Shown here one piece after another: positions 9,140 through 17,323 of a DNA stretch of 58,693 nt. Source of the DNA: a virus; IMG/VR virus record IMGVR_UViG_3300035698_012504, positions 1 to 58,693 of that record; one strand, 5' to 3'. The position numbers and the translations under genes are program-made. How positions within the stretch are numbered: the first letter of the stretch is position 1; the number at the start of each line of letters is the position of its first letter. The notes under the pieces were generated by a model. The model worked only from the letters and a program-made list of their open reading frames with translations. It was not told the DNA's origin and ran no database searches.

Positions 9140-9692
9140 TGACAGAAGGAATCTATTTCACACAACCAAAAAGGAGAGAAGTGTGAAGAATATTCATTGG
9201 CCCAAGGCGTGCATCTATATTTTTCTTTTACTGTTTTTATTACTTGCTAATGGGGAAATTGTAGGCGAGTTGAAAAGACCTATAATAGAATCCCAATTGA
9301 GTGCTGCGATAACAATTCCAGTTGTTATATTAGGTTTAAGTCAGAGCATATTCTTGGGATGGCTCATCGGGGCCATCGTCTGCTCATCTATAGGATTTAT
9401 GAATAATCCAATTGAACGTGTAATTGAAGAATTTGATAAAAAAGGAATACGAGCATATTATACAAATATGATATCTTTTTACGGGCTCATTATATTAACA
9501 CCATATAATTTATTTCTGTACTTTTGGCCAGTAGACGCAACTACTACGTTTATATTTGGAAACATTATGTTTTGGGCTGTATCTAGTATTATAATTTATA
9601 AGAATCTATGGGAGAACGTGAAGATTGACAACTTGGTTAAGGAGTGGTTCTTATGCAAGCCCTATCAGATATGTTTAAAATCTCAAAGCTAG
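9075..9692 (+). CDS. small integral membrane protein (4 to 5 predicted TM segments)
   Basis: Hydrophobic stretches IYIFLLLFLLLA, ITIPVVILGLSQSIFLGWLIGAIV and FYGLIILTPYNLFLYFWP. The start is uncertain; a GTG at 9183 follows AAGGAGAG. Confidence 0.5.
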   Translation: MGNANGMITWVGFYSKVYILNSDRRNLFHTTKKERSVKNIHWPKACIYIFLLLFLLLANGEIVGELKRPIIESQLSAAITIPVVILGLSQSIFLGWLIGAIVCSSIGFMNNPIERVIEEFDKKGIRAYYTNMISFYGLIILTPYNLFLYFWPVDATTTFIFGNIMFWAVSSIIIYKNLWENVKIDNLVKEWFLCKPYQICLKSQS

Positions 9693-9949
9693 CAGTCGCT
9701 GTATTCATTCTAATAAATGTACTACATGTATTGATGTTTGTTGTAGCTATACCTATAGTAGTTATGTTGTACACTAAACTTAAGCTTATGGGAACTATCC
9801 CAGAGGATGGGATTATACCACTTATAGTATTATTTGGGGGTGGTGCTACTGTTGGCTTAGCATTTTCGTCTATGAAAAAGAAAATTTTAGAGTGTGTGGT
9901 ACCTGAATCTATGCATAATGAAAATAACCCGATAGTGGATGAACTATAA
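9653..9949 (+). CDS. small membrane protein (2 to 3 TM segments)
   Basis: AAGGAG Shine-Dalgarno sequence, then ATG at 9653. Hydrophobic stretches LAVAVFILINVLHVLMFVVAIPIVVML and IIPLIVLFGGGATVGLAF. Confidence 0.5.
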   Translation: MQALSDMFKISKLAVAVFILINVLHVLMFVVAIPIVVMLYTKLKLMGTIPEDGIIPLIVLFGGGATVGLAFSSMKKKILECVVPESMHNENNPIVDEL

Positions 9950-9959
9950 GGATAAATCC

Positions 9960-10289
9960 ATGATATTTGAATCTGTTAAATCTATTAGCCCATTTAATAG
10001 TAGTAATATAACTAAATACCCATTTGGAGAATCTTTAGTAACATGTCAAGTAGATTATAATCTTAGAAAGAAGTTTAGGATAGGGATAACTGTAATAAAT
10101 CATAACACATATTATAAAGAAAAGGTAATTGTGATTTCCTATTTCCAAACAGATGGTAAGATTAGAAGTGCTGAAATAGGGCCTATACAAAAATCATCAT
10201 TTAGATCCTATTTTACCACTAAAATTATTACACATGGTGAAATCATTAATGCTTTTCTTAAACTGACGGGTAATGGAATAAGTATATGA
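9960..10289 (+). CDS. hypothetical small protein, array member (MIFESV...; C-term GNGISI)
   Basis: Start at the ATG at 9960 after AAGGA. Ends in the conserved junction. Confidence 0.5.
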   Translation: MIFESVKSISPFNSSNITKYPFGESLVTCQVDYNLRKKFRIGITVINHNTYYKEKVIVISYFQTDGKIRSAEIGPIQKSSFRSYFTTKIITHGEIINAFLKLTGNGISI

Positions 10290-10414
10290 TAGTAGATGGG
10301 TTAATCATGGGATCCAACTCATCAGAAGTTAGACTTCAAAAAATGATAATATCTGGTAGCCTCAAACCAGGACAAGAATATATATCTATTATTGATCTTA
10401 CAAAAAAAGAGTAG
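10286..10414 (+). CDS. hypothetical 42-aa peptide, array member (MIVDG...)
   Basis: ATGA-coupled to the ORF at 9960. Too short to appear in the ORF track. Confidence 0.3.
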   Translation: MIVDGLIMGSNSSEVRLQKMIISGSLKPGQEYISIIDLTKKE

Positions 10415-10482
10415 TATTTTTCATTAGATTTTATGGTGCGCTGGTCTCAGGGCCATTTGATCCACATCAATCCTATATCTCG

Positions 10483-10611
10483 GTGAGCAGATACATAGAG
10501 ATCGTAGATGTAGACGGTGGATTTAAATTAAAATATATACGAGAAAAATTTAAAACACTATTGATTGGAAATCTATACATTATGATATCGAAACGAGGGA
10601 TTCTAATATAA
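10483..10611 (+). pseudogene. decayed array member (GTG start, no Shine-Dalgarno sequence; ends SKRGILI*)
   Basis: 42-codon frame that ends with the array's tail motif immediately before AAAGGAGAGAAAATG of the next gene. Confidence 0.25.
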
Positions 10612-10621
10612 AGGAGAGAAA

Positions 10622-11548
10622 ATGACAGGCCGTAATGTAGATATCGCGGAACTATTATCTAGAGTAAAATCAACACTCTCTACTAATGTAGATGAGACTA
10701 TTGACATTCCTACCATTGCTGAACCAGAACCACCGAGGGCAAAGAAGTCTACAATTTCTAGAATTAAAGATAGTGGGTTATCCATAATATTAAATCCAAA
10801 GAATATATTGGGTCGATATAGAGTTAGACCAAATCATAGATTGTCTGCTTTGGGAGTAGATGCCGAGGATATACCATCTGTTAATAAATTTGAAAGAATA
10901 GATAGTATTTTTAGAAATGATAATGAGCACGATAGAATTGATATTGAGCTACTTCAATTAAAGATGGATCTCGCAGCAGGTACAGTAAAAGCAGTTGAAC
11001 CCAAATCATCAGAGAAGGTGATATATTTATCCCCTACTGTCCCTAGTGAACTTGATAGCTCATTATACTCATATGATGATCAAGAAGATCAATTAATGGA
11101 ATTTTCAAAATACTATTGCGAATGCGCCATTGAGAATGGATGGAAGATATTATTAAATACATCAAGTGCTGATCCAATAATATGGAGAAAACTTAGAGAT
11201 ATGTTTGGAGATAATATAATCCTAGCAGATGGTAATAGTCTGCGTCAAAGTGTAGTAGATAATGGATGTAAAATATTATTCATTGCAGGAGGAAGTACAG
11301 GAGCAGTTAACGATATTGAACGGATATATGATGAATGGAATACATATCAGTGTGGAAGCACAATTATATATCATGCCGTTTCATTTGGCGGAGTATATGA
11401 TGTGAATGGCGAAATAATTTATTCTCTTGGAGGAGAAGGAGTAGAATATATAAGGGACATTACAGATTCTCGTCATAGATCTCCAATGAGTAGAGCTATT
11501 ATGAGTAAGTTTTTTGAATTTGTCACAGAAAGATACTCTAGGTTTTAG
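10622..11548 (+). CDS. hypothetical protein with a C-terminal Rossmann-like segment (GCKILFIAGGSTGAVNDIER)
   Basis: 308-aa ORF with an AAGGAGAG Shine-Dalgarno sequence. Its GC content is visibly higher than the flanking sequence. Confidence 0.5.
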   Translation: MTGRNVDIAELLSRVKSTLSTNVDETIDIPTIAEPEPPRAKKSTISRIKDSGLSIILNPKNILGRYRVRPNHRLSALGVDAEDIPSVNKFERIDSIFRNDNEHDRIDIELLQLKMDLAAGTVKAVEPKSSEKVIYLSPTVPSELDSSLYSYDDQEDQLMEFSKYYCECAIENGWKILLNTSSADPIIWRKLRDMFGDNIILADGNSLRQSVVDNGCKILFIAGGSTGAVNDIERIYDEWNTYQCGSTIIYHAVSFGGVYDVNGEIIYSLGGEGVEYIRDITDSRHRSPMSRAIMSKFFEFVTERYSRF

Positions 11549-11560
11549 GAGAGAAACGCA

Positions 11561-12328
11561 ATGAGAAGGAAAGAAGTGTTTGTCATAGGGCTTGGAAATC
11601 CTGGGAACGCGGCCTCAATAGATTCTAGGCATAACGTTGGACAACTTGCCGTCGGTAGAGCACTTGCAATATATGGTGACTTACGTCCTCCAGGATCTGA
11701 GTCTCATAGGGACCGAATACAAAATGAAGATATTAAATTAAAATTGAGAAGAGCACCTATGTCAGTAAAAGATACAAGTATATTAAAATTTGGAGAGAAT
11801 CGAAGATCATATAAATATTACAGATCAACCGTGCTGCTCTATGGAATGACCATCAATTTTATAGAACCGGTTAATGTATATATGAACAGTTCTGGAAGAT
11901 TTATACGTGCGCTTAGATTAGATACAGATGAGTTTCTAGAAAATTTACTTATTATTCATGATGATATAGATTTACCAATTGGACGAGTGAGATTCCGTAC
12001 TGGGGGAGGGGACGGGGGACACAATGGAATAAAGAATATACGAGTAAATTTAGGAGATGATTTCTCTAGATTAAAAGTAGGAGTTGGAAGACCAACAGAT
12101 GATACAGTAGAACAATATCTAACTAGAGAAATGTCACTTAAACATAGGAAGCATATTAATAAGGTAATAGATACTATATTGAAAAAGTGTATGCTCGATT
12201 GGGCATTATATGGAACAGCGCATTGTTCTGTTAAGTACAACAAACTATTTGTTAATGGAAGTGGTAATGTTACTACATGGAAGAAACATCAAAAGGAGCT
12301 TGAAGAACTTGTGCGAAAAGAAGTCTGA
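11561..12328 (+). CDS. pth: peptidyl-tRNA hydrolase (Pth family) with an internal ~40-aa insertion
   Basis: GLGNPG...SRHNVG (Pth motif 1), VYMNSSG, IIHDDIDLPIGRVRFRTGGGDGGHNGIKNI (compare E. coli [28 protein letters not shown]) and LKVGVGRP. Confidence 0.85.
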   Translation: MRRKEVFVIGLGNPGNAASIDSRHNVGQLAVGRALAIYGDLRPPGSESHRDRIQNEDIKLKLRRAPMSVKDTSILKFGENRRSYKYYRSTVLLYGMTINFIEPVNVYMNSSGRFIRALRLDTDEFLENLLIIHDDIDLPIGRVRFRTGGGDGGHNGIKNIRVNLGDDFSRLKVGVGRPTDDTVEQYLTREMSLKHRKHINKVIDTILKKCMLDWALYGTAHCSVKYNKLFVNGSGNVTTWKKHQKELEELVRKEV

Positions 12329-12839
12329 AGACACACCAACTAATGCATTAAAAGAAATGATTGAAAAACGCGGGGAGATATCTGGAATGGCCCAAAAGAG
12401 CTCCAATGTAATAAGAATAATGATGTCTCTATTGGCATCAAGAGCATTGGATGTTTCAAATTCTATGGCAGCCCTTCATGCAGTGAATGATTTGTATGAC
12501 GGCGACACAGAAGAAGCTATGAAAAGTAGACGGAATGAGTATGTGAAACAATATCTATTAGCAGTTAAGTCATTTAAATCATTAGAAAGAAAAATACATG
12601 ACGATGTTGCTCCAACATTTTTTGATAATGTTGCAGTGCTTTTTCCAGATGAAATATTCACGTTGTTCCGAGATGAGATGTTAGTATATAAGGAAAGAGA
12701 ATTAGGGTTACCTGTTGACCCATCAGAAGTCCCATCACTTGATGAAATGAGAGCATTCTTTAATGTATTTCCAGAAGAGTCATTACGAAGTAGTATAAAT
12801 GATAGTTTTAGTCCACTTACTGGATCAGATGAAGATTAA
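12210..12839 (+). CDS. hypothetical protein (true start probably near 12358)
   Basis: The ORF overlaps the 3' end of pth. The internal start MIEKRG at 12358 lies after the pth stop. Confidence 0.4.
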   Translation: MEQRIVLLSTTNYLLMEVVMLLHGRNIKRSLKNLCEKKSEDTPTNALKEMIEKRGEISGMAQKSSNVIRIMMSLLASRALDVSNSMAALHAVNDLYDGDTEEAMKSRRNEYVKQYLLAVKSFKSLERKIHDDVAPTFFDNVAVLFPDEIFTLFRDEMLVYKERELGLPVDPSEVPSLDEMRAFFNVFPEESLRSSINDSFSPLTGSDED

Positions 12840-12854
12840 GAAGTAATTATTCGT

Positions 12855-12886
12855 GTCTGGGGCTCTCTAGTTAGAGGGTCCCAGAC
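12855..12886 (+). terminator. candidate stem-loop terminator (GTCTGGGGCTCTC-TAGTTA-GAGGGTCCCAGAC)
   Basis: Imperfect inverted repeat of about 12 bp directly after a stop codon. The T-tract is weak. Confidence 0.35.
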
Positions 12887-12995
12887 ATAATTAGCAGTAT
12901 CAACAATAAATATATTATTTTTTATTGTTGAAAATATAATGAGGACAAACTATTAGATGTATGATAGTTCGAAGTTACAATGTGAGGAGAGTAAA

Positions 12996-13595
12996 ATGAA
13001 AAGAATCTTAGCAAGTTTTCTTATTGTAATCGCCAGTATATTTATACTATCTGGTTGCAAAACGCCATCAGCGGTCCAAGATGCGAATCAGGTATCGATA
13101 ATGTATCTACATTTAATTCAAGAGGATGTAAATATTACAATTGATGCATTGTCTGAAGCAGCTAAAGAAGAATCTACAAGATATTATGATTTATGGTTAG
13201 AGGGTACTGAGAAATTAATTATCAGCAATTCAATGACTCCACAAGAAGCCATAGATGATTATAAAACAGCATTAGAGAGCGCAGCCACTCAGGTAGATGC
13301 CGCCAGTGACACGTATGACGATCTATCAAGAGAAATAAAGAGCGAAATTCAGAATAAAATAGTTAGAGCACAGAAATTAGCAGAGAAAATAGCAGAATAT
13401 CATCAAAGTGGTAGCATTTCGGCTGAAGATTTTGATGAAATTCTAAATGAAAGTGCAGAATTTGCAATTGAGATGGCAGAAGTAAGAAAAAATAGAGAAA
13501 AAGCCGTTGAATCTGCAAATGATGGCAAAGGTAGTGATTTATTGAATATTATTAAAAATAATGTGCTAAAAGGAATGGTTCCTAAAGAAAAATAG
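12996..13595 (+). CDS. lipoprotein (signal peptide with lipobox LSGC), predicted coiled-coil
   Basis: MKRILASFLIVIASIFILSGCKTP, with GAGGAGAG as Shine-Dalgarno sequence. Confidence 0.65.
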   Translation: MKRILASFLIVIASIFILSGCKTPSAVQDANQVSIMYLHLIQEDVNITIDALSEAAKEESTRYYDLWLEGTEKLIISNSMTPQEAIDDYKTALESAATQVDAASDTYDDLSREIKSEIQNKIVRAQKLAEKIAEYHQSGSISAEDFDEILNESAEFAIEMAEVRKNREKAVESANDGKGSDLLNIIKNNVLKGMVPKEK

Positions 13596-13611
13596 GAAAA
13601 AGGAGTAGAAA

Positions 13612-13911
13612 ATGGATGAAAGTTTAGTTGATTTAATTGCTGAATCTCTTATTGCAGTGGCCAAGGGCGTCGCCGTAGAAGAAAAGAAGGTAGTAGCTGA
13701 TAAGAGCTATCTAAATGCTCCTGAGTGGACTCCACCGGCCTCTGTGGTGAACGTAAAGCTAACAGAAGACCCTTTGTCAAAAGAGGAATACCAGGGATTA
13801 CTAGATAGGGTGGACGTTGCTATCGAACAAGAGACAGCACTGAAGGAAGGTCTATCAATCGCTGCTGAAGTACTAAATAAATTAAAAACAGTACTCCCAT
13901 TATTTATATAA
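13612..13911 (+). CDS. hypothetical acidic protein
   Basis: 99-aa ORF with an AAAGGAG Shine-Dalgarno sequence. Confidence 0.45.
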   Translation: MDESLVDLIAESLIAVAKGVAVEEKKVVADKSYLNAPEWTPPASVVNVKLTEDPLSKEEYQGLLDRVDVAIEQETALKEGLSIAAEVLNKLKTVLPLFI

Positions 13912-13925
13912 CTGAGGTAAGTAAT

Positions 13926-14189
13926 ATGTATGTATCCGAACAATTCATAAATAATTTACAAGAGAAGGGGCGCTTTGTTAGGGTTGCTAAGAAGCTATTC
14001 AAAAAGAAAAAACCTGAAGCACCACCTCCACCAAAAGGCATTAAAGAAAAACTTCAGCGTAAGTTTGCATCAATGAAAAATAATGCTGCTGAAAAAGCGA
14101 AAAAGAAAAAGAGAAAAAATACTATGCATGCGACAGCTGGAGTCGGAGTAGTTGGGATGGCTGCATTAGGAGCCCAAGACAGGCACTAA
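13926..14189 (+). CDS. small Lys-rich basic protein with a Gly/Ala hydrophobic C-terminus and an MYVSEQFI N-terminus
   Basis: KKLFKKKKPEAPPPPKG...KKKKRKN, then ATAGVGVVGMAALGA. Confidence 0.5.
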   Translation: MYVSEQFINNLQEKGRFVRVAKKLFKKKKPEAPPPPKGIKEKLQRKFASMKNNAAEKAKKKKRKNTMHATAGVGVVGMAALGAQDRH

Positions 14190-14211
14190 AATATTAAGGT
14201 AGGATTTTAAA

Positions 14212-15132
14212 ATGAGTAATGATTATAGAATATTTATTCACGTTGATGGAAATAGTCCTGGAGAATATACATATGGAGATTTATATTTTGAATATAAACC
14301 ATATTATATAGAGCGGACTAATAATGGTAAAACATTATTTGCACAAACCGCATCAGTAGAAGGAAAGTCTGCTTACTTAGATCCAGGCCATCCTGATAGA
14401 TCGTCTATTACAAATTATACAATTGAAGATAGAAGCTCTGTTAAAACCCTACGAGTTAGAGCATCTAGATCAGATGATGGATTGAGGTTGGAAAAACATA
14501 TCACAATACATCCCCCAAAATCCAGCAGTCTCGATAAAGGACAATATCATCGAGGTGCTCATGTAAAAGTATCTATAAATTATGACAATACAAAATATTC
14601 ATTAGTTGGTTGGAAAAAAGATGGAATTTTATGGTTAGAAACAACTGGGGATTCATCTAGTGTATACACTAACGACAATATCAAAATAGAGATGAATAGT
14701 AATATAACATTAGAGGCCTTATTTGTAGAGCAACCGGAAGCGGTGTTAAATAATAATGGGTCAATTACACAGACAGACACCCACTCTACAAGCGGTGTCT
14801 TAAATAAATTAGGTACGTTTGATTCTGGAGGAGTAGTTGTAGATCAACTGATGGCATCAGTGTCATCAAATGTGTTTGATCATCCTGGAACAGTAATTAG
14901 AAGTCCGTTAGTTCTAAACTATCAAGGTCCATATACTGCACTCGAATCATTAAGTATAAAAGAAGAAATAGTTCAAACGATAGGTAGAAAAAATAGTACA
15001 GCTGGTGGACCACTAATTAATAGGGGCGATCTAACTGTACTTGAAACAAGAGAACAATCTTGTAGACTGCTATATCCCGCTAGTGAAAGTGAATTTAGAT
15101 CCTGTATGGGTGACTTATACAATCAACTTTAG
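14212..15132 (+). CDS. hypothetical protein
   Basis: 306-aa ORF. Confidence 0.45.
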   Translation: MSNDYRIFIHVDGNSPGEYTYGDLYFEYKPYYIERTNNGKTLFAQTASVEGKSAYLDPGHPDRSSITNYTIEDRSSVKTLRVRASRSDDGLRLEKHITIHPPKSSSLDKGQYHRGAHVKVSINYDNTKYSLVGWKKDGILWLETTGDSSSVYTNDNIKIEMNSNITLEALFVEQPEAVLNNNGSITQTDTHSTSGVLNKLGTFDSGGVVVDQLMASVSSNVFDHPGTVIRSPLVLNYQGPYTALESLSIKEEIVQTIGRKNSTAGGPLINRGDLTVLETREQSCRLLYPASESEFRSCMGDLYNQL

Positions 15133-15142
15133 GAGGAATTTA

Positions 15143-16684
15143 ATGAGTTGGGTTTCACATAGACTAATTATGCATAATGACCCTAATACGTCCTTATCGC
15201 TCAATGTCTATCTCGAATCAGGAGTATTTGTTGAGAACGTTGGATACGAAAAGAAAAACTATGTTCCTGTTCGGTTAATGTTTCAAATAGTAGAATTTAA
15301 GAAAGAAACTAATTACTCTAAAATAGAACTTAATTATCCTGAACTAGTAGAATTGAATAGTAAAATTAGTAGGGCGTTGAGAAAACTTGACATCCTCTAC
15401 GATAATAAAGAAAAAATAACTATTGCGAAGTATACAGCGAAAGCTAAAAAACTTTTAACATTCACATTTAAAAGAAATCAAAATAAAGAGGGTGGAATAT
15501 CTATTAAGATAGATGACCAGAATGGTTCATTTGAAATAATGTTATCATTCACTACATTCCTGACTATAACTGAAGCGTTATCATCCATGGTAAGCAACTT
15601 CCCAGTTGTCTCTACAAATATGATGATAATTTCAAATCAAGAAAGAATACTAGAGTCGTTAGATAGGTTAGGATCCATACAACCAATCGCTACACCTCGA
15701 CCCGAACGACAACAAGAAAAAGTAATAGCAACCTCTAGTGCTGATGACTTCGATATAGTTAAAGAAGAGCCTAAAGTTGCAGCATCCTCTGGATTTGATG
15801 TGGAGGGGTTAGACCTCGACGCACTTAAAACTCAAATCACTGACGGGATAACCGATGGGATAGAGGACGAAGTATCTGATGACCGGTTTTTTCGGGTAGT
15901 ACTTAAAAATGATTTAACTAATCTAAAAAGTTGGACGACTTCTGTGCTCTGTACAGGAAAAGACACAGAAGCTATCATGTTTAGTCCATTATATGCATTA
16001 TTACGCAGTTCAATGAGTTTTAAAGATTTTAGTGAGCTTGAATTTAGAAAATCCTTCTTTAGTTATCAAGCAACACTACTAAAAGAAATTAAAGATCGTT
16101 CATTAAAGTATGTTTCGGGGGAATCTAAAGGATTTGGTATAATTCCCAACTATTCATTGAATTTTACAACTTCAGAATCGAAAAAAGTTTTTAGAACTGC
16201 ATTAGAATTATTCACTACCTTAGTAATTTATAGTAAAATAGCAATAGAAATATCTAGAATTAACAACTATGAAGTTAAAAATGATGCAGATGGTTATATC
16301 ATCGCACAATTTATACTAAATTCGACATTATCCCCACTAATAAAATCAATTTCAGAGAATTATAGAGATAAATTCTTAATGGATGCACTAAATCAGTTCA
16401 TTAGCATAAATGAATCAAGTATCATGACTAAAATTAGTACCGAATTTAATCAAATAACTGGTAAAAATTTATCAATTTCTGTCAAAGAATTCGAAATTAT
16501 GGCTGAAAAGCTAATCAATTCAGCTGAAAATAACAAAGATATAGAAGTTTTTCAAGAAAATATAACAAATATCGAAGATGTAAGGGATTTCTTTAATTCT
16601 ATTGAAGAAATAGAAGAAGATGATGTCCCTGAAGAAGAATTTCAAGTAGATACAATGGAAATTTTAAAAATAATGGATGAATAA
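15143..16684 (+). CDS. hypothetical large acidic protein
   Basis: The start was moved to the ATG at 15143 after TAGGAGGAATTTA. The C-terminus is an acidic tail. Confidence 0.45.
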   Translation: MSWVSHRLIMHNDPNTSLSLNVYLESGVFVENVGYEKKNYVPVRLMFQIVEFKKETNYSKIELNYPELVELNSKISRALRKLDILYDNKEKITIAKYTAKAKKLLTFTFKRNQNKEGGISIKIDDQNGSFEIMLSFTTFLTITEALSSMVSNFPVVSTNMMIISNQERILESLDRLGSIQPIATPRPERQQEKVIATSSADDFDIVKEEPKVAASSGFDVEGLDLDALKTQITDGITDGIEDEVSDDRFFRVVLKNDLTNLKSWTTSVLCTGKDTEAIMFSPLYALLRSSMSFKDFSELEFRKSFFSYQATLLKEIKDRSLKYVSGESKGFGIIPNYSLNFTTSESKKVFRTALELFTTLVIYSKIAIEISRINNYEVKNDADGYIIAQFILNSTLSPLIKSISENYRDKFLMDALNQFISINESSIMTKISTEFNQITGKNLSISVKEFEIMAEKLINSAENNKDIEVFQENITNIEDVRDFFNSIEEIEEDDVPEEEFQVDTMEILKIMDE

Positions 16685-16690
16685 TTACAA

Positions 16691-17314
16691 ATGTCTTTCA
16701 AATCGAAAATATTAAACATAAAGTTATCCCCAATGTGTAACAGGTCTCTTGTTTATACTACGTACCCTGCTGGTGTTCCAGTACATTTCTCTGTTAAGTT
16801 TCACAAAACTAACCCAGGGATTCAATTTGACGTTGGGAATAAAAACAAGGTTATAGAATCAGGAGAGGCAGTTGTTCGGATGTTTAGAAATCTGAACAAC
16901 TGTCTGTTCTGTAACATATTCTTAGATCTTGAGACTATACAGACAGGTAAACATGACTATAAAAATAGGTTTTCTTCGGTAAGGAAGCACTATAAAGATA
17001 AAGTCTTTAGATTCATAAATGAAAGATTAGATTTACATAGTAGTAATAATGGAAAAAATAGTTATCATAATAGTATAGGTGTATCGGGATGGAAAATCCA
17101 TGGGCTGGAGGATGACCTACTTTTTTATTTCGTTCAAAGAAACTTTTTCAATAAGATAACTGCAACAAATATAATAAGAACTGCAGGATTACAGTTCTCC
17201 ACGGCTAGAGGATTGAAATCTTTAGAAAATTATAAAGATGACTCTGAAAACTTCTTTAGAAAAGTTAATGAAAGTGATAATATGCAATTTCTTAATGAGG
17301 CTTTCAAAGAATAG
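16691..17314 (+). CDS. hypothetical protein
   Basis: 207-aa ORF. Confidence 0.45.
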   Translation: MSFKSKILNIKLSPMCNRSLVYTTYPAGVPVHFSVKFHKTNPGIQFDVGNKNKVIESGEAVVRMFRNLNNCLFCNIFLDLETIQTGKHDYKNRFSSVRKHYKDKVFRFINERLDLHSSNNGKNSYHNSIGVSGWKIHGLEDDLLFYFVQRNFFNKITATNIIRTAGLQFSTARGLKSLENYKDDSENFFRKVNESDNMQFLNEAFKE

Positions 17315-17323
17315 GAGAATATA

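Noticed and set aside
10415-10620. tRNA or small RNA in the largest intergenic gaps (also 8787..8881, 37488..37659, 43804..43962, 58076..58284)
   Set aside because: By eye there is no cloverleaf-compatible sequence and no GTTCGAAT-type T-loop. The 10415..10620 region instead contains a decayed array ORF. A tRNAscan run would be needed to be sure.
12905-12940. Sigma70-like promoter (TATAAT at 12934) upstream of the lipoprotein gene; similar TATAAT near 37644
   Set aside because: No acceptable -35 element at 16 to 18 nt spacing. In a ~28% GC genome TATAAT occurs by chance too often to call.
13612-14189. Assigning the ORFs at 13612 to 18589 as virion structural genes
   Set aside because: No recognisable capsid, tail or baseplate motifs and no clear TATAAATA late promoters. 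They are left as hypothetical.
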